Shown here: in pieces, positions 25,001-37,000 of the stretch
Position numbering within the stretch: the stretch's first letter is position 1
How the letters are laid out: the number at the start of each line of letters is the position of its first letter
From: Macrostomum hystrix
Taxonomy: Eukaryota > Animalia > Platyhelminthes
NCBI GenBank assembly: GCA_950097015.1
Contig: CATNEN010000002.1
Span: 3,968,001-4,032,000, forward strand
Length of the DNA: 64,000 bases
Direction: 5' to 3'
Program-made: the position numbers and the translations under genes
The notes under the pieces: model-generated
Databases searched by the model: none
Told to the model about the DNA's origin: nothing
The model's input: the letters and a program-made list of their open reading frames with translations, nothing else

Positions 25001-28000
25001 CCCTCCTCCTTCTTTGATGTCTTGAACACAACAGCCAGCGAATGCTGCATGGCCTGCAAGAAGACGGCCATCTGCACCCACTACACATGGAAGCCCGCGG
25101 ACGATGAGCCTTCTAGATTCCTCTGCCATCTCAGGGAGGGCCGTTTCGAAAAGTCTGACGCCGCCTTGGGCGACGCCGTCCTCATCAACGGTTTCCGCCC
25201 AGTCTGCGGAGTGATAAGGCGGATTTCCCTTCAGCAGATACGGGAGATATTAAAATGCGTTTGGAGAGGCGTACAGGCTTACGAGCTGTGTCGAAATCTC
25301 GAAGAACTCCTGCCGCAGAGTTGCTTTTAAGCTCTTTTTGGTTACGCGCATTAAAATAGGGAGAAAAATAGAGTTAAGTGTCACTGCATCGCTGTTATCA
25401 CTATTCTACGAGTAATAAACCCTAGAGAAAGAAATTGAGGATTGTTGCAATCGCTGTTACTCGTAAATTCAGAAATAAATAATTAAATGATGGCTAATTA
25501 CTTTTTTCTTTGCAAATTTAAATGTTTCTTTCGAGTAGAAAAGTAGGTTACAAAGAAATAAATTGTTTTAAGTGTACGAAACAGCCGTATTATTATTTTA
25601 ATTAAGGGTTTTTCAAGCACAGTAGCCAGCACCATTTGTTCGATATTTTGAAAGCAGAAGATTTCAACATAAGAAAACATGAAAGTAAATAGTAGAGCTC
25701 AATAAAGTAATGTCCGTTGGTAGCATCTGGTATTAGGTGAATGGCATGAGGTTTATAAAGAAAAGCATTATATTTCCAGGAGATGTATTAATGTATTAAG
25801 TAATGTGTTAAGTAATGTATTAAGTAAATGACATAATATTTATGAAGAAAAAGAGTTAGATTTCCAAGAAAAAGCAAGAGACTTCCGGGGTATAGCATAA
25901 TGTTCCCAGGGGATACTATTATTAATAGATGTGGGAGCATGAATAATCCAGTAGGAAACATTAATTATCAAGAAGGAAACATTTACTATCTATGGAAAAG
26001 CATGAATTATCCAGGGAAGCATGAAATAACGAGGGAAAATCATGAATTATCGAGGGGAAAGCATGGCTTTTCGAAGTGGCAGCATGAATTGTCGATGGGG
26101 TATCACAGATTATCAATAGGGAAGCATTTATAATCAATGGGGTTGCATGATTTTTCAAGGGAAAAGCATGCTTTTTTATGGGGAAACATTTATCGGGGGA
26201 GGTAATATAAATTATTGAGGGGTAGAATAAATAATTGAGGTTAGGCATAAATGATCGAGACGGAAAGATGAATTAACGGAGGGAAACTATCAATTAACGG
26301 AGGGAAACTACCAATTAACGGAGGGAAACTATCAGATAACGGAGGGAGAAGCATGATGTAGCTAGGGAAAATAAAGAATTTTTAAGGGCGAAGCATGAAT
26401 TATCGAGAAAAAAGTATGCCTTTTAGAGAGGGTAGAATAAGTTATTGAGGGGGTAGCATGTATTAACGCTTTGAAGTATGAATTAACGTGGGAAATGTAT
26501 GAATTATCAACGGGGCCTGAATTATCAATGGGGTAGCCTGAATTATCGTGTGAAAAGCATAAATCATTGAGTGGGTAGCAAGGTCCAGGAAGAGCATGAT
26601 ATAACAAAGTGGTAGCATGGATTTTTGAGGGATAGCAAAAACTATCGAAGAGAGAGCTTGAAATATCGACCATGTGCCATGAATTATTGAGGAAAAAAAC
26701 TGTTACTATCAATTTAGTATCTTGAATTGTCGAGGGAAAAGCGTTGAATATCGAGGAGCCAGCATGAGTTATTGAGCGGGAGTCATGCAATTTTACGTGA
26801 AATAATGAATTATTAATGAAAAGCATGAATTCTCGAGGTGGAAGCATAATTTATCCGGGGGTAGAATGACTTATCAACTGGCTTGCATAAATGTTCGGGG
26901 GGTAGCACTATTTATCGAAAGGGTTACAGTGTATTTTCGAAGGGGTTGCATTACTTTCCGAGAGGGTCGCATGGCTTATCGAGGGGCAGCCTGATATATT
27001 GAGGGATCTTCTATAATGAAGAGTTAAAATGGTAAAAACAGCTACAGCTAACTGTTAATAGTAAGAGCTATTGATTAGCTCCTGTCAAAGCAAATATTTT
27101 TGCTTAATTGCTCTTGTCGCTCGGAGAAAATAAAAACTTTTTTTGTGTGCAGCAGCAACTTTTATTCGATACAAAACTGAGTAAAGACTTTTCGAGCATT
27201 TCTGCCAGCGTTTTTTAGAAAAGAAATATATTAAAAGACTTTGAGCAAAGCCATTAGCGTAGCTCATTTTACATTTTAACTTTTTCAAGTATTCTTGCAA
27301 ACAATATGCAATAGGATTAAAAAACTAACGAACATATTAGCACCGATGCAATCTAATAAAACAGACAGTGTCCGGCCCAATTTTTAATTTAACCTTGTTT
27401 ATCCTTTTGAAAGCAATAGGAAAACTCGTTTTTCGAATATTTAATACAAAATTAGCATCGAGACAGAATAATGAAATTTGATCAGTCTAATTCTAGGATT
27501 AATTGGCACTTTTTGGTAAAATCGCGATAAAAAGGATAAATGGCTCAAACGGGTAGAGCGCCACAACAGTATTAATACATATATACAAACTCAAGATATT
27601 TAGTATAGTAGGAAGGAAGATACGCAGATTTTTCACTGACGCTCACGATTATTTTTTGTTGTCGATGCTGAAGCTGAAGCTCATGTAGCAAAACGATTTG
27701 AAACAAGTCTGCCATCTGAAACATGTCACAGATATGCCGATATGTATCGAAAATTTAATAGCTTGTCCAGAAATGTGTCGAAAAAAGTGCTTCGATTTCC
27801 TCCGATATGTATCTAAAAAGTTTCAATCATCCCCGATATGTATTAAAGATAATGAAATAAGCCTTTTATAACATCTTAGATGGGACGCGTGCCTTGGCGA
27901 TCTTGGCCGCTCGCGTCAGCAGTTAGACAGCGCCCTTGCACAATGGACTCTCTACGAAGAGGGCGCCGACCAAGTCGACCGCTGGCTGCGGGACTATCGG

Positions 28001-31000
28001 GCTCAGCTGGAAGGCGAACCGGCTGACGGCAGCGCGCAGAGCCTGGCGGAGAAGCGCGCCCAGGCTGAGCGATTGCGCAATCTCCAGAGCGCATTGCGGG
28101 GCCATCAGCCGGCAGTGCGCGGACTGGCCGACAAGGCGGCCGCGATGCTGGAGTCTCAGGAGCCGTCTGAGGCCACGGAGGGCGTTCAGAAGATGGTGCA
28201 AGAATTCGAGGCGCTCGATGCCGAGGTCGCAGCCAGGTGAAAATACCTGCCATTGTCCTAAAACAGAGTGACAGACTGGGTGGTGAAGTGCTTGGAATAG
28301 AGTGACAGATTTGATCTGGAGTGCTTGGAATAGAGTGACAGATCGGATATAGAGTGCTTGGAATAGAGTGACAGATTTGATCTAGAGTGCTTGGAATAGA
28401 GTGACAGATTTGATCTAGAGTGCTTGGAATAGAGTGACAGATTTGATCTAGAGTGCTTGGAATAGAGTGAGAGACTTGGTAGTGGGAGCCAGATAATACT
28501 GACAAATAATCCACATTCGCTTCGCGGACAGGCTTCGCGACGCGGACCGTCGTCTTCGGGATCATCAGCAGTTCAAGGAGGTCGCCGCCGAAGCAGCGGA
28601 ATGGCTGGAGGCGGCGCGCGATCGTCTGGCACCGGACGGCGTCGCCGACGGCCAGCAGCTGCGCACGGATCGGCAGAGCCTGGAGGCGCGCGCCCAGCTC
28701 CTCCGTGACACAGTGGACGGTCGTCCAGTCGGTGAGGAGAAGCTTCGCCGAGTTGAGGAGCGAGCCAAGCTCGCCGCCGAGGGTAGCAACCCGGCTGGTC
28801 GCAGGCAGATCGAGGACGAAGTGGCGGCTCTGAATAAAGCGATGAAAGACCTCATGGCTGAGTGCCAGGCTCAGTCTGGACAGGTTGGCGCACTTAATAA
28901 GCATCTTTTTCCTGATTTCCCCAGTGTTTTAAGCAGAAAAGCACGTTTTAGCCTACTAATAGTAAAAGATAAGTGTTTTAAATCACTTTTTTGTTTCTAG
29001 TTTCTAATAAACACAACAATCCGGTTTTTAAGCGTGGGGTTAGTGGCAGAATGGTAACGCATGCGACTCCAGTACCCAGGTGTCAGAGTTCGAATCCTCA
29101 AAGGGTTGTGTAATTTAAGTTTAATTAGTCAAGGGCCAACCATCTAGGCAGTGTTAGTGTACACAAATGGAAAAAGACAGGCTAGATGTTTACACACATT
29201 TGAGTGGGCCTGTGTTACATATGCGTATTTGACGCAATATTGCCGATATGTATCGAAAAACTTATAAAAACTACCCGGCTAACGCACCTGCGCAGGTCTC
29301 GGGCCTGAACAAACGCTGGTCGGAATTCGACGCCCAGTTGGACGCGCTGAACGCCTGGCTGGCGGACCGAGAAGCTCGCGTCCGGCACGAGCCCGGCGTT
29401 GATCTGGACGACAAGCGTCGACTCGCTGCCGCACAAGAATCTCTCGAAGCTGAAATCAGCGACAAGCAGGCCGACCTCGAGGCTCTCTCGGAGCTATCCT
29501 CCGACCTGCTGCAGGACAGCGGCGTTGACCTTCGGGTCAGCACCCAGCTGGCCAAGACTGGCGCGCGCTACCACGCCCTAGAAGCCCTGGCACGCGAACA
29601 CGCCCAGAAGCTGCGCTCGCACGCCGACGATCACGCCGAATTCGAGCGCAACGCCGTCGAGGCTGAGCGTTGGATTAGCGCCGCGGCCGAACGACTGGCC
29701 GCTGCCGAGCGCGATTCGGGCGAGGCTGACAAATATGAACTGCAGCGCCAGCTGGACAGGTGACATTTTTCATTTTTTAATTTTATGAAAAAAACATATG
29801 TGAATATAAGGATTCGAACTCTCGTCTCCCCAAACTCGACTACTTTTTAATTGTAAACTTTTGTTTTTCAATTTCTTATTCACTCTACTAATAGTAGAAA
29901 TATATGGAAACGCTTTTTTCTTCCCTAGAGTCAACGACTTGTCGCTAACTAAGGAAGAAGGCCAGGTGCTGCTGCAGGCCGCCGGGCACTGGGCGGACAA
30001 GACCGAGCAGAACACTGCCCAGCAGGGCCGGCCGGCCATTCGCAATCGCTTGGCCGAGCTTCAGCGTCGCTGGGACACCTTCACCCGCGAGCTGCTCGAC
30101 GCTAGAGCAGCTGTTGATCGACGCCAGATGCAGTGGGCCGAGCACGACGACACGGTGGACCGAGTGCAGCGCTGGCTGGCGGATCAGGTAGGACACGGAT
30201 TAGTCCCGAAATTGCATCGCTGAAAAAATTTACTCCTCTTAAAAATCATCGATTTCTCCCCGCAGTCATCCCGGCTGCGCGAGCAACCGCTGCCAGCCGA
30301 TCTGGCAGAGAAGCGCGCCGCCGTCCAGCGCGCCCGCGAGACCCAGCAGGCGGTGACCGCCTACCGCCCTGTGCTCGAATCCGCCGCCGCCGGCTGCCGT
30401 CGCCTCGGACGTCCAGCCGACCAACTTCTGGCTGACTACGACGCTTTGGTTCAACTGGCCGCCGACGCAGCCACTGCCGCAGATTCTGTCCAAGAGCGCC
30501 ATCAGCGCTATCAGCAGGCTGCCGCCGACACTAACGCCTGGCTGCGGCAGCGGCGCGACCATCTCGCCAGCTTGTCGTCGTCTTCGCTCACCTCGACGAT
30601 GCCTGACGCTGAGACAGCTAGCCGTGATTTGTCGTCAGCTCGCGCAGCCAAAGCCGAACTAGAAGGCGAGGGCGACGAGCGAATGCGGCGCCTGCGACAA
30701 CTGGCCGACGACGCTATGGAAGCAACGTCGGCTCCAGGTCAGTCGAGGCTTCGTCAGGAGGTCGCCGCGGCGAATGCCGATCTAGACGACCTGCGGCAGC
30801 TGGCAGCGGACAGTGTCGGTCGTCTTGAACGCTTCGGTGACGCTTGGCGAGATCTCGGCGAGCGCAGCGCCGCCTTCACCGCCTGGCTGAACGATCTCGA
30901 AGCTCAGCTGCGCTCCGGCGAATCAGCAATCGACGCTGTCGACGACACGGCCGATGCTAAACGACGCCGTGCCGAAGAGGCTCAACGTCGGAACGCGACC

Positions 31001-34000
31001 GCGGCGTCGCCGGAGCGGCTGGCCGAGCTGGAGGCCATTGCGGACCGGGCCCAGTCTCTCGGCTGCTCTCAGCGAGCCCAGCAGCTGGCGGCTCGTCACC
31101 AGGCCGCTTGTCGGACAGCGGCCGATGCCGCGCGAAAGTCGGCCGCCAAATGGCAGGCTCACGCCGACCTCGACGCCGGCCTCTCTGACCTTGAGCAGTG
31201 GCTGGCCGCAGCTGGCGATCGATTGGGCGCAGCTGGCGGCGATTTGGAACGACTCGCCGAGCTGCAGACTCAACTGGAGGCCGGCCGGGGTCGGCTCCGT
31301 GCTGCCTCGGAGCTGGCAGATCGGGTGCTGCCGGACACCGCGCGGGCCGGTCAGGAGCAGGTGAGATTGGGAGACAGATTGTGCAAGATGGCTGTTCAAG
31401 GTCACGGTCACGTGACTTTAATGCGTGCCGAATGTCACGTGATAAAGCAAATGCTCAAGGTCACAAAATATGCCGCAAAATTTAATTTTGCGCCCGCCGT
31501 CGACAACCTCAGATTCGGGCTCGCTTAGCCAGCCTTCGTGACTCGTTCGATCGAGCCACCGGCGCCGCAGCCGAGGCTCGAACCCGGGCCGACGCTGCCG
31601 CTGGCGCCGCCAAAGAATGCCGACGCGCCTGTGATCAACTCGAAGCCTGGCTGACCGACGCTGAGGCTCGGGCCTCCACAGCCGGCGCCCTGGTGCCAAC
31701 GGCAGCTTCGACCAAGTCGGCAAAGATCAGCGGAGACTCGGAGCAGCAGCAGCTGGAGGAGAAGAAGGCGGCGCTGGAGCGACTGCGGGCTCTGTCGAAG
31801 GAGGTCGACGGCAAGTCAAGCGCCTTCGCCCGCCTAGCCGAACGGGCCGCCGAGGTGGGCGCAGCTGCTGCCGGCTCGGGCGTGACTGCAGGCGTCGAGG
31901 CTCAACAAGCCAGGGAGCTGGCCGACTCGCTGTGTCGAAGGTACTCCAGGCTGCAGGTGAGTTTTGTTTATTAATTACAATATCCCAACTTGATCCCATT
32001 GTCCCAGCCTAACATTATTCCATTATACCAAAAATGATCATTTTTTTCTAACGAAATCCCATTGTCCCAAAATGATCCCACTTCCCAAAAACGATCCTAT
32101 CATCCCAAAATGATCCCATTATCCCAAAATGATCCCCACTTCCCAAAAATGATCCTATCATCCCAAAATGATCCCATTGTCATTGCTAATGATCCCATTG
32201 TCCTTGTTCATGATCCCATTGTCCTTGTTCATGATCCCATTGTCCTAAAAACGAGTCCCTACTCATTCTACTCCCCCCAGGCCAATCTGGCCGGCCGAGT
32301 GTCCGAGCTCGAGTCGGCCGTCTCCGGCCAGGAGGAATTCGCGCTGGCAGCTCAACGCGCCGCCGCCTGGCTGGCTCAGGCGCAGACCCGGCTGGGCCGA
32401 TCGGCGGACCCGACTGGCGGCCGGGCCGACCTGGAAGCCCGACTCGAGCTGGCTGCCGCTCTGCGGACTGAGGCTAATCGAGAGGGCCAGGTGAGGATGC
32501 TGATTTTCGAATATTCATGTATTTTATCCTAAATCCTATCTTTCTAATCCCAATATTCAAATCCCAAATTAAATTCCTTATATTTAAACCCCAAATTTGA
32601 AATCCATTTTTAATCTCGACATTCGAATTGTTGATTTTAAATCTTAAATTATAAAATCTGATTTAAAAATGTGTCTAATCCCATCTTTTCAGTCGCTAGT
32701 CGACAAAGCCGCAGCCGCCGGTGACTACCTGGCCCGGCATCGACCATCGACTGCCGCCGCCGACACTGTCAATCAGCTGCGACGCGAACTGGCGACCCTA
32801 CTAGCCGGCGTCGACGATGCGGAAGCTCGTCTTGGCCGAGGCGTCGAACAGTGGCGCGCCTTTGGCGACGGCTGCCAGCGCTTCGCAGACTGGCTGCAGG
32901 ACGCCGAGACCAGACTGCGACGTGGCCCTGAACCGAGCGTCAGCCTGGAGACCAAGCAGAGACAGGCCAGGGACTTTCAGGTAGGTGGCTGCTTAATAAT
33001 TATTTCAGGAGGGCTGCGGAAAATGGCACATCACTTGGTGACACACGCACACAGATACTGTACGCAGGCACACGCTCACACAGGTGTGTACATCTGTCCC
33101 AAATGAATGTGGCCTCGCCGCGGAATCGAGCTCAGGGACCTTGGCGCAAAAGGCAAACGCGTTAGACCGCTTTGCCACCGACCCCCATGTGGCTGCTTTC
33201 TAGTTGCTGAAGAAATTTCAATTGAAGTCATTGCTGGAGATTGTGAAAAGTGTGATTCATTTGCTTAAAACTGGAGATCCCCACCAAACCCCTAAACCCC
33301 CAAACCCCAAACCCCAAACCCCAAACCCCTAAACCCCCAAACCCCTAAACCCCCAAACTCCCAAACCCCAAACCCCCCAAAATACCTACAGAAAAAACTG
33401 ATAACCTTGTTTCGTGCAACACATTAACACAAGTTTGTTCCATTAGAGAGCTGAATAAATTCTCTACATTTTAGCTGAATCTAGTGAGCTGTGCTCAAAT
33501 AAAGTTTAATGAAGACACAAATTTTCATCTTCCAGGCATCAAATTAAAAATTAGTAATGCAAAATCGTTAATATTTAATGCACTACTATGTAATAGTAGT
33601 GCATCAGCATTTCCTGTCTGATAAGTGTCAATTTTTGGGACAGCCAGTCAGCCTACACTGGTCGGGAAAATAGGGTTTAACGGGAACTTGTCTCTTGAAT
33701 CCCGAAATCTTAAATATCAGAGGATAACCCCTAGAATAAAAGATGTCATATATCCCAACTCTTTCTAAAATATCCCAAATCCCAAACTGAACAATCTTAA
33801 ATCCCAACTGAAATCTCATCAACATTTTCGCCCAAATCCCATCTTAAGAATGATTTTTCGCCACTGAGAAATCCCAAATCCCAAACTAGAAGCCCCATAA
33901 AAAATTCTTGATTTTTGTTTTACTCAACTGAAGCCCACAAACCTGTCGCAGGCATTCACTCGCCGACGTCATAAGTCTGTAGTGGTAAATAAATTATTAA

Positions 34001-37000
34001 AAGTCCAATTGATAAGTAGTATATCAACTAGACATGTCATTTCTGCAGTAAATATTATTTTTATAGACAAGTAGTTTTTATTGTTTTAAGTTTTCAGTCT
34101 CAAGCCTTCTCGTCTTGTTTTTTATAATCTAAAAATGAAGACAATTTTTCTTTCAATTTCTGTGTCGGCTCATTTCAAGCACAGCTATTTAAATATATAG
34201 ATGTGTCATAATCCTTATTTTATAAGTGCTAATTTAATGTTTTTCTCTCGCAGAATTATCTGCTGGTTAAATGGGTCCACGTGAGGGTAAGACTGAGAAT
34301 GCTGTCCAGTTATCCTCTGGTGTTCAGTAATTCTGGGATTGATTAATTATCTGTTATATCTGACGGAAAATAAAGACATTGTTTCTGTATATTTTAATAC
34401 TTAAAATCTATGCGAAAAAAGAATCTTACTTCTTTCACGCAGTACTACTGGCATTCGGTCTAGTAGTAGTGTACTTTGTACTTCACGTATGCACACCTAA
34501 AAGAAATTGAATAAAATCGCATGACAAAATCGTATGTCTCCTGGTGCACAAATCGTTATTGCATGGCATCTATCGGTCTAAAATGATAAAAATGAGAAAA
34601 CTGGATGTAGATAACAAATTTAGATTGCACAAACTTGAATGCAGGGAAAGTTTCACCATTTTTTTCTGTAAGTTAGATAACTTTGTGTTCAATATTTTAT
34701 TCGTATTACATCATTACCTAAAAATGCTTCACAAACAATCACAGGTGATTCAAGAGGAAATTAACAATCGCAAAGCAGACTTAGACAAGCTGCAGATCTT
34801 GGGTGAGCAGCTTGAGAAGACTACAAGGAGTCCGCAAATTTCTACCAGACTGTTGCAGCTGTCCTCCAAGTATCAGACTCTGTTGGCTCAGTGCACGGTA
34901 ATTTTCCATTGAAATCTTGCTATTTGCTTCGTTATTATAAATTTAGATTAAAAAAGCATTTTTGCCTACTTATGAGTAGAAATGCTAGTATTTTAGCGTC
35001 TAGATTTGCCTAGAAGCTTAAAAGCGCACGTAACAAATTTATTAGTTTAAAAGTTCTACGTTTTGTTAGTGTTCTAGTTTTAGTCTTTAATAATGTTGAC
35101 GATATTTAACAAATAGATCAACCCGCACTTTGCCAATTACCTGAGTTATAGTTAATAATTCTAGTCGATTTTCGGATTTGCAGTTAATTAATTAAATTTA
35201 TCTGCATGCACCGTTTATTTAAAACAACAGCAACAAACACAATTTGCACTTTACTCTGTTGCACTACAGGATCTGTTGGAAGTGAGTAAAAAATGCCAGA
35301 ATTCCCCTCTGTTGAACATCTAGCTCCTCTTTGATGATTTGTCTGATTGACTGAAAGTGAATGAATGAATAATTAGCTTTCCTTTCTCACCTGTGAAATT
35401 GAGTTTAACGTTTGTGTGACTCGTTCTAACAAAGACTGCGCACCAATATGTACTATTTAGCTATAAAAAGTTTCAAATTTGAATTTTTGTTTTAACATGA
35501 AATCTTATTTTAATAGTGGTCAGAATCATACTGCCTAAAGTAGCATTATAGAACTTTTTTCCAAAAAAAATTACACTTTATCTAGCACTAATAATCTTGG
35601 AATTCAGTACATGAAATCCCAACTAGGAGTATTCTATTCTTTAAGTTAATTTTCTCAAGTTCGTTTCCTTTTGATTTCAAATTAGACTATGTTTCAATGG
35701 CGGTGTCTATTATACCGTTTGATCTCAGTGAGACTGGGGAGAGATGAGACATGTGTTGTGTCTTGGCCTAATGGCCGACGGAGGGAGATGGGGGTTGGGT
35801 CCACCTGCCCGAGACACCCAGGTCCCAGACCAACCCTGCCTACGCCTAACAGACCTGATTGGTTCAGCGAGAGTTCACTGAGCCAACCGCCCTGAGACTA
35901 GCGAGAGTTCACTCGTCTCAGGTCCCTAACGGAGCGAGAGTTCACTCAGTACGCCCCACCGGCCCGACGCTATAATCCCCGGAATGAGGAAGACACGAGC
36001 TCACCTTGAACTTCCACGCAAGCTGATCGGCTCTACTCGTTTATTGCCGGCACTTGAATAACAACTATGATTGGTAGATAGGCAATGCACAGACTTGCAG
36101 AAAGGCAGGTAGGAAGTCGAGGCGGACGGGTTTACAGATAGGGCGGGGCGACTACTTATATAACTTACTGTAAAGGGCAGAAAAGAGGGAGAGAGAGAAA
36201 AATGAGACACAAAGCCTGGGTCACTGGCGGCTTATCCGGCCGCCAGCCAATGCGAGTGGCCCAGGTGAGGGGAGGGGTAGAGAGAGGCGGGGCTAGCGCA
36301 ACGCTGGGGCATGGGCAGGTGGGCGCAGAGAAGAAAAAAGGGGGGCTAGGCCGGGGTTGAGGCGTAAGCCTCTTACAAACCCTGACCTAGGCTGGCACGG
36401 GTGTAGGAAGGGGTGGGGCAGACAAACAACGCAGAGGGCACAAAGTGCATTTGCACGGCACCACACATGAAAGATATGAGACAGGGGAGAGGTAAGATAG
36501 GAGACAGACGAGGTACGGGGAGAGATGAGACATAGGAGAGTAAAGACAGTGAAGATATGATACAGGGGACAGACGAGACACCAGAAATATTATAATTCTC
36601 TAGCTTTTTCTATCCCACAGATTTATAATAGTGTTACATTTTTCTGAGTCGATTTTGAATTCGTGCCAATCTAACTAGAGTTTTTCATTCCGTTTCGCTT
36701 TCATTAAAATTAGTTTGTGAATCGCATTTGGTCCGTTATTGAATCGGAAACTAGACGCCAATATCATGTCAAGGAGAAAGTAATTAATATGACATATTTA
36801 TTAATGTGATTAAAACTCACGTTATAACAATGAGCCACATGGTTAATTCAATTAAAATGGCCTTCAGTGCAAGTCTTTTCTGTAAGTCTATCAGCCATCA
36901 AAGCATACCCAAATCTATCGTGTCAAGCTAATTTATCTAGCTAAAAATTTCTTGCGAATAAATCAACTAACAAAACAGAATAAACTTTTTGATAAGAATT

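Noticed and set aside
23063-26847. Identical ORF pair 23063+/23303+ and 26847-
   Set aside because: Reflects the inverted arms; degenerate-satellite sequence with no protein-like character.
29036-29105. Functional tRNA-Trp gene
   Set aside because: A and B boxes are present but the acceptor and anticodon stems cannot pair.
2269-31999. Numerous antisense and alternate-frame ORFs overlapping spectrin exons
   Set aside because: Shadow ORFs expected from GC-rich, stop-poor coding sequence; no independent features.
33280-33382. Interstitial telomere
   Set aside because: Units are irregular (CCCCAAA/CCCTAAA mix) and short; treated as a low-complexity, possibly G4-forming tract.
35866-35946. Three 14-bp repeats with unique about 20-bp spacers (CRISPR-like)
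   Set aside because: Eukaryotic context, too short and too few, no cas genes; better explained as LTR-internal repeats.
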